64,000 nucleotides of DNA from an uncultured candidate division Zixibacteria bacterium (GTDB lineage Bacteria > Zixibacteria > MSB-5A5 > RBG-16-43-9). A program made the translations under genes and the position numbers. The stretch covers positions 651,957-715,956 of the forward strand of contig OY970208.1 of NCBI GenBank assembly GCA_963713865.1, in the 5' to 3' direction. The first letter of the stretch is position 1. Each line of letters starts with the position of its first letter. Under the pieces are notes generated by a model. The model made no database searches and was not told the origin of the DNA. It saw only the letters and a list, made by a program, of their open reading frames with translations. Positions 60,737 through 64,000 of the stretch are shown piece by piece.

Positions 60737-61546
60737 CGAATTAAATTATTATAATATATATTTTTAATAAAAAAGCAACTGAAATTAATGTTTTTAGGGA
60801 TAGGACGGTGTCCTGTCCTCTAAGTATTCCCTCTCCTTTTTAAGGGGAGAGCAGGGCGAGGTTTATGTAGGGGAAACCTTAAGGTTTCCCCTAAAAACAA
60901 TGGAAGGTTGAAGCCTTCCGCTACAAACAAAAAACGCAGAGTCGGGATCAGGCGTTACAATTTTTTTCCTTTGAACCTTAATCCTTTTAACTATTGAACA
61001 TTTATTTTGGCAGCCATTGGATGCACTTCATAGTTTGAATAACTAATACCTTTTCACTGCTCTCTTCTTTTTAAGGAGAGGAGGAATGCATAGGGGTTAC
61101 CCCCTCCTTCGGCTCTGCTCAAGACGGTGCGCTTATCGAACCGTGTGGTCGCCCATTATCAGGGCAGGCACGGGGGCCTACCCCAATAATATATTTGACC
61201 TCTCCTCTCCTACGGATACCTATTGGGAAAGACCCGTTTTTCGGGAAAAGAGAGGGTAAAAAATTTTTGTAGCGTGTCCCTTTCAGATTCGTCTAAAAAA
61301 GAGACGTATTGCTATGCATCTCTACCTCTGATATTCGCAGAGGGGTGGGTAGTTTGAAGCCCACCCTTACTCCTCTTTCCCTGCGATATACCAATCATGC
61401 ATTGTCACGGACGGTGCACTCCGTATATTAAAAAACTGTTGACATTTTTTTTCAAAACATTACTTTGCCTTCAAAAGTTGGGGTGAACGAAGCGCAAGGA
61501 TTTAGTCTTCTCCCCTACGGGGAGGGAAAGGGAGGTGGGGTAAGGT

Positions 61547-61738
61547 ATGGAAAAAGATTTTCCAGAGTGCCTTAAGTGTAACAAAGGAATTCTTTTGCCT
61601 CTCTCCGATTATGGCAGAGAGGGTGCAAGCATAAGATATAAAGCCTGGGTTTGCTCTAACCCAGCCTGCGGATTTTCCATCCGCATAGACAACGGTGAGA
61701 TAAGCTTTGGCAAGACCATAGCTAATTCTAATAAGTAA
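61547..61738 (+). CDS. small zinc-ribbon protein
   Basis: 63 aa; CLKCNKG...CSNPACG. Confidence 0.5.
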   Translation: MEKDFPECLKCNKGILLPLSDYGREGASIRYKAWVCSNPACGFSIRIDNGEISFGKTIANSNK

Positions 61739-61845
61739 ATAATTTTTTTAGTCTTTTAAATGCGCTTCGTTCCTTCTCAACTTTATTAAGTTATTTCGGG
61801 AAACGGATCCTTCCAGTCTAGGATGGATCCAGAAGATAGGGAAAG

Positions 61846-62769
61846 ATGTGGGAGAAATTGTTGGATAATCTCTGGCTGAAATTTGGGGCGATCCTTTTAG
61901 CCTTCCTTTTGTGGTTTTATGCTTCAACTGATAAGCCTTATGAATATACTTTCAATTACGATTTGAAATTGATTAACCTTTCCCCGGAGCTAATCTTGGC
62001 TGAACCTCTGCCGGATATGGTTAAGGTGAAAATCTATGGCAAGGGGAAGGAGCTTTTAAAGCTATTTGTTTTAAAAGAAAGAAGCTTGAAAATCGACGTT
62101 CAGAAATATTCTGGTGGAGAGTTTGAGTACCAAATTAAAGCTGAGATGGCAACTATTCCAGAGGGATTAAATCTATCAGCCATTGAGGTCGTTTCACCTA
62201 AGATCCTGAAGATCAATTTACAAAAAGTTGAAGAGAGAAAAGTTCCAATAATCTCTCAGCTTTCTTTTTCATTAGAGGAAGGTTATTTTCAGAAAGGAGA
62301 GATAAGATTTACTCCAGAGAAGGTCTGGATTAAAGGTCCATCTGAGAATGTTAACAAAATCAAATATATTCTGACCCAGAAGAAGGAATTTCAGGACTTA
62401 AGTGAATCTTTTACCGGAAAGATAGATTTAATTTCTCCACCTTTTTTTAATCTCAAGATATCGCCTCCGAGGGTTGATTTCTCTGTAGAGGTTCAAAAGG
62501 GAGAGAAGAAAAGGTTAGAGAATTTACCAATCACAATCATAAATATCCCCAGGGGGAGAAAAATCCACCTGACACCCAAGACTATCAATCTGGAGCTTTT
62601 GGGAGAAAAAGAAATACTTGAAAAACTTACTTTAGAGAAAATAAAAGTAATTATAGACTGTCAAGGAATAAAAAGGGGAGAGACAAAAACTTCTCCTTTG
62701 ATTCAGCTTCCAGAAGATATACTACTTTTTAAGACAGAGCCAGATAGTTTTAACTTAATTGTAAATTAG
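61846..62769 (+). CDS. YbbR-like domain protein
   Basis: 307 aa; N-terminal TM; repeated YbbR-like beta modules. Confidence 0.6.
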   Translation: MWEKLLDNLWLKFGAILLAFLLWFYASTDKPYEYTFNYDLKLINLSPELILAEPLPDMVKVKIYGKGKELLKLFVLKERSLKIDVQKYSGGEFEYQIKAEMATIPEGLNLSAIEVVSPKILKINLQKVEERKVPIISQLSFSLEEGYFQKGEIRFTPEKVWIKGPSENVNKIKYILTQKKEFQDLSESFTGKIDLISPPFFNLKISPPRVDFSVEVQKGEKKRLENLPITIINIPRGRKIHLTPKTINLELLGEKEILEKLTLEKIKVIIDCQGIKRGETKTSPLIQLPEDILLFKTEPDSFNLIVN

Positions 62770-62770
62770 T

Positions 62771-63781
62771 ATGCTTGTCTTAGGAATTGAAACCTCCTGC
62801 GATGAAACCTCAGTAGCTGTAATTCAGGATGGGCGGAGGATACTTTCCAATGTGGTTTTCTCCCAATGGGTTCATAAAAGATACTGGGGCGTTGTCCCAG
62901 AGCTTGCCTCCAGAGAACATATAAAGACGATTTTGCCCATTTTAAAGACTGCTCTGGATGAAGCTAAAGTCACTCTAAAGGAGATCGAGGGTATCGCGGT
63001 TACCTGTGGTCCAGGTCTGGTTGGCTCTCTTTTAATCGGGCTTTCCTTAACTAAGGGATTAGCTTATGGTTTAAAGGTCCCGTTTATCGGGATAAATCAT
63101 CTTGAAGGGCATATCTTCGCCAATTTCTTAGAGTATCCTGACCTTTCACCTCCTTTGATCTGCCTTATAGTCTCTGGAGGGCACTCCACCTTAGTTTATA
63201 TTAAAGATAAGGGAGAGTATAAGGTTCTGGGACGAACGAGAGATGATGCTCCTGGGGAGGCATTTGATAAGGTGGCAAGGATTCTGGACTTAGAATATCC
63301 GGGGGGGCCTTCTATTGATAAATTAAGCCAGAGTTGCAAATCTTCTAAGATGAAATTTCCCAGAGCTTTTTTAGAAGAAGGGAGTTTTGATTTCTCTTTT
63401 AGCGGATTGAAAACTGCAGTAGCTATATATGTTTCTAAATTATCTGTAAAGGAGAAGGAGGAACAAAAGTCCTGTATAGCTAAAGGATTTCAAGAGGCAA
63501 TCGTGGATGTACTCGTAGAGAAATTTTTAAAAGCTGCCATGGAACTTAAAGTAAAGAAGATCGCTTTATCCGGAGGAGTGGCTAATAATAGTTACTTAAG
63601 GCAGAAATTGAGTCTGGAAGCTAGCAAAGAAGGGTTGGAGCTTTATGTCCCCTCACCTGTCTTGTGTACAGACAATGCAGCCATGATAGCTTCAGCTGGT
63701 GATTTTCATCTTCAAAGAAAAGAAAGCTCTTCTCTTAATCTAAACGCCTTTCCACATCTTCCTTTGGGTCAAAAAGTATAA
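62771..63781 (+). CDS. tsaD: tRNA N6-adenosine threonylcarbamoyltransferase TsaD
   Basis: 336 aa; GIETSCDETSVAV and metal-binding HxxxH-like motifs of the Kae1/TsaD family. Confidence 0.9.
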   Translation: MLVLGIETSCDETSVAVIQDGRRILSNVVFSQWVHKRYWGVVPELASREHIKTILPILKTALDEAKVTLKEIEGIAVTCGPGLVGSLLIGLSLTKGLAYGLKVPFIGINHLEGHIFANFLEYPDLSPPLICLIVSGGHSTLVYIKDKGEYKVLGRTRDDAPGEAFDKVARILDLEYPGGPSIDKLSQSCKSSKMKFPRAFLEEGSFDFSFSGLKTAVAIYVSKLSVKEKEEQKSCIAKGFQEAIVDVLVEKFLKAAMELKVKKIALSGGVANNSYLRQKLSLEASKEGLELYVPSPVLCTDNAAMIASAGDFHLQRKESSSLNLNAFPHLPLGQKV

Positions 63782-64000
63782 ACTAAAATTTATTTTAAAA
63801 GATGTTTTAGGAATTCTGGAGTGTAAATCTTCAGGTTTACTAAAATTAACTTCACAGCTCTTTTTCACGGATTTTTCAATCCACCTTCAGCAGAAAGGTA
63901 AAGCTATCCCGCTGATGGCGGGATACACTCCAGTTTTTTATAAAGCATGACGATAAAGTATATATAAAATTCTTTAATTGTCCAAAAGGGGGCAGAAAAG

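Noticed and set aside
60737-61546. tmRNA / RNase P RNA / SRP RNA in the long noncoding region
   Set aside because: I could not find the conserved tRNA-like 3' end (GGTTCGAnTCC…CCA), the P4 motifs (AGGAAAGTCCGG / ACAGAAncCGGCTTA) or the SRP domain IV motif on either strand.

Overview
Origin-proximal chromosome segment of a low-GC (~38-40%) bacterium. The core order on the minus strand is rpmH-rnpA-yidD-yidC-mnmE // mnmG-rsmG-parA-parB, and on the plus strand dnaA-dnaN-dciA(DUF721)-gyrB-gyrA, with DnaA-box clusters on both sides of dnaA. Three secreted proteins carry type IX secretion (T9SS) C-terminal sorting domains, so the source is probably an FCB-superphylum organism; I cannot name the taxon. 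Housekeeping genes present include pyrF/pyrD/pyrK, nnr, thiL, ileS-dksA-lspA-rluD, tsaD, divIVA, punA and a CDF transporter. The most interesting part is a ~7.7 kb insertion that splits the normally adjacent mnmE and mnmG (14015-21744). One side of it is marked by an ~65-bp duplicated copy of the mnmE 3' end. It carries only uncharacterised cargo genes, among them a PD-(D/E)xK-like nuclease, a 2-TM protein and an adjacent 214-aa/271-aa pair (the 214-aa one with a weak ADP-ribosyltransferase-like motif pattern). Three of the cargo genes are each preceded by the same ~75-90-nt leader module, which contains a Shine-Dalgarno (SD) ribosome-binding sequence and a short conserved ORF overlapping the downstream start codon. 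Two of these leaders are additionally preceded by a second conserved ~90-bp module. No integrase is present. Other mobile or accessory features are an intact IS (rve-family DDE transposase) with terminal inverted repeats and a 17-bp flanking direct repeat, a free-standing HNH endonuclease gene inserted between czcD and ileS with a ~65-bp flanking direct repeat, and a GNAT gene flanked by direct repeats. The intergenic DNA is saturated with several families of nested-palindrome hairpin repeats, two of which show compensatory covariation in their stems. There is a tandem pair of FG-GAP/T9SS paralogs sharing a 385-bp tract of 100% identity. Three genes (a T9SS protein, a GNAT and yggS) are split by frameshifts. 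No CRISPR arrays or tRNA/rRNA genes were recognised.
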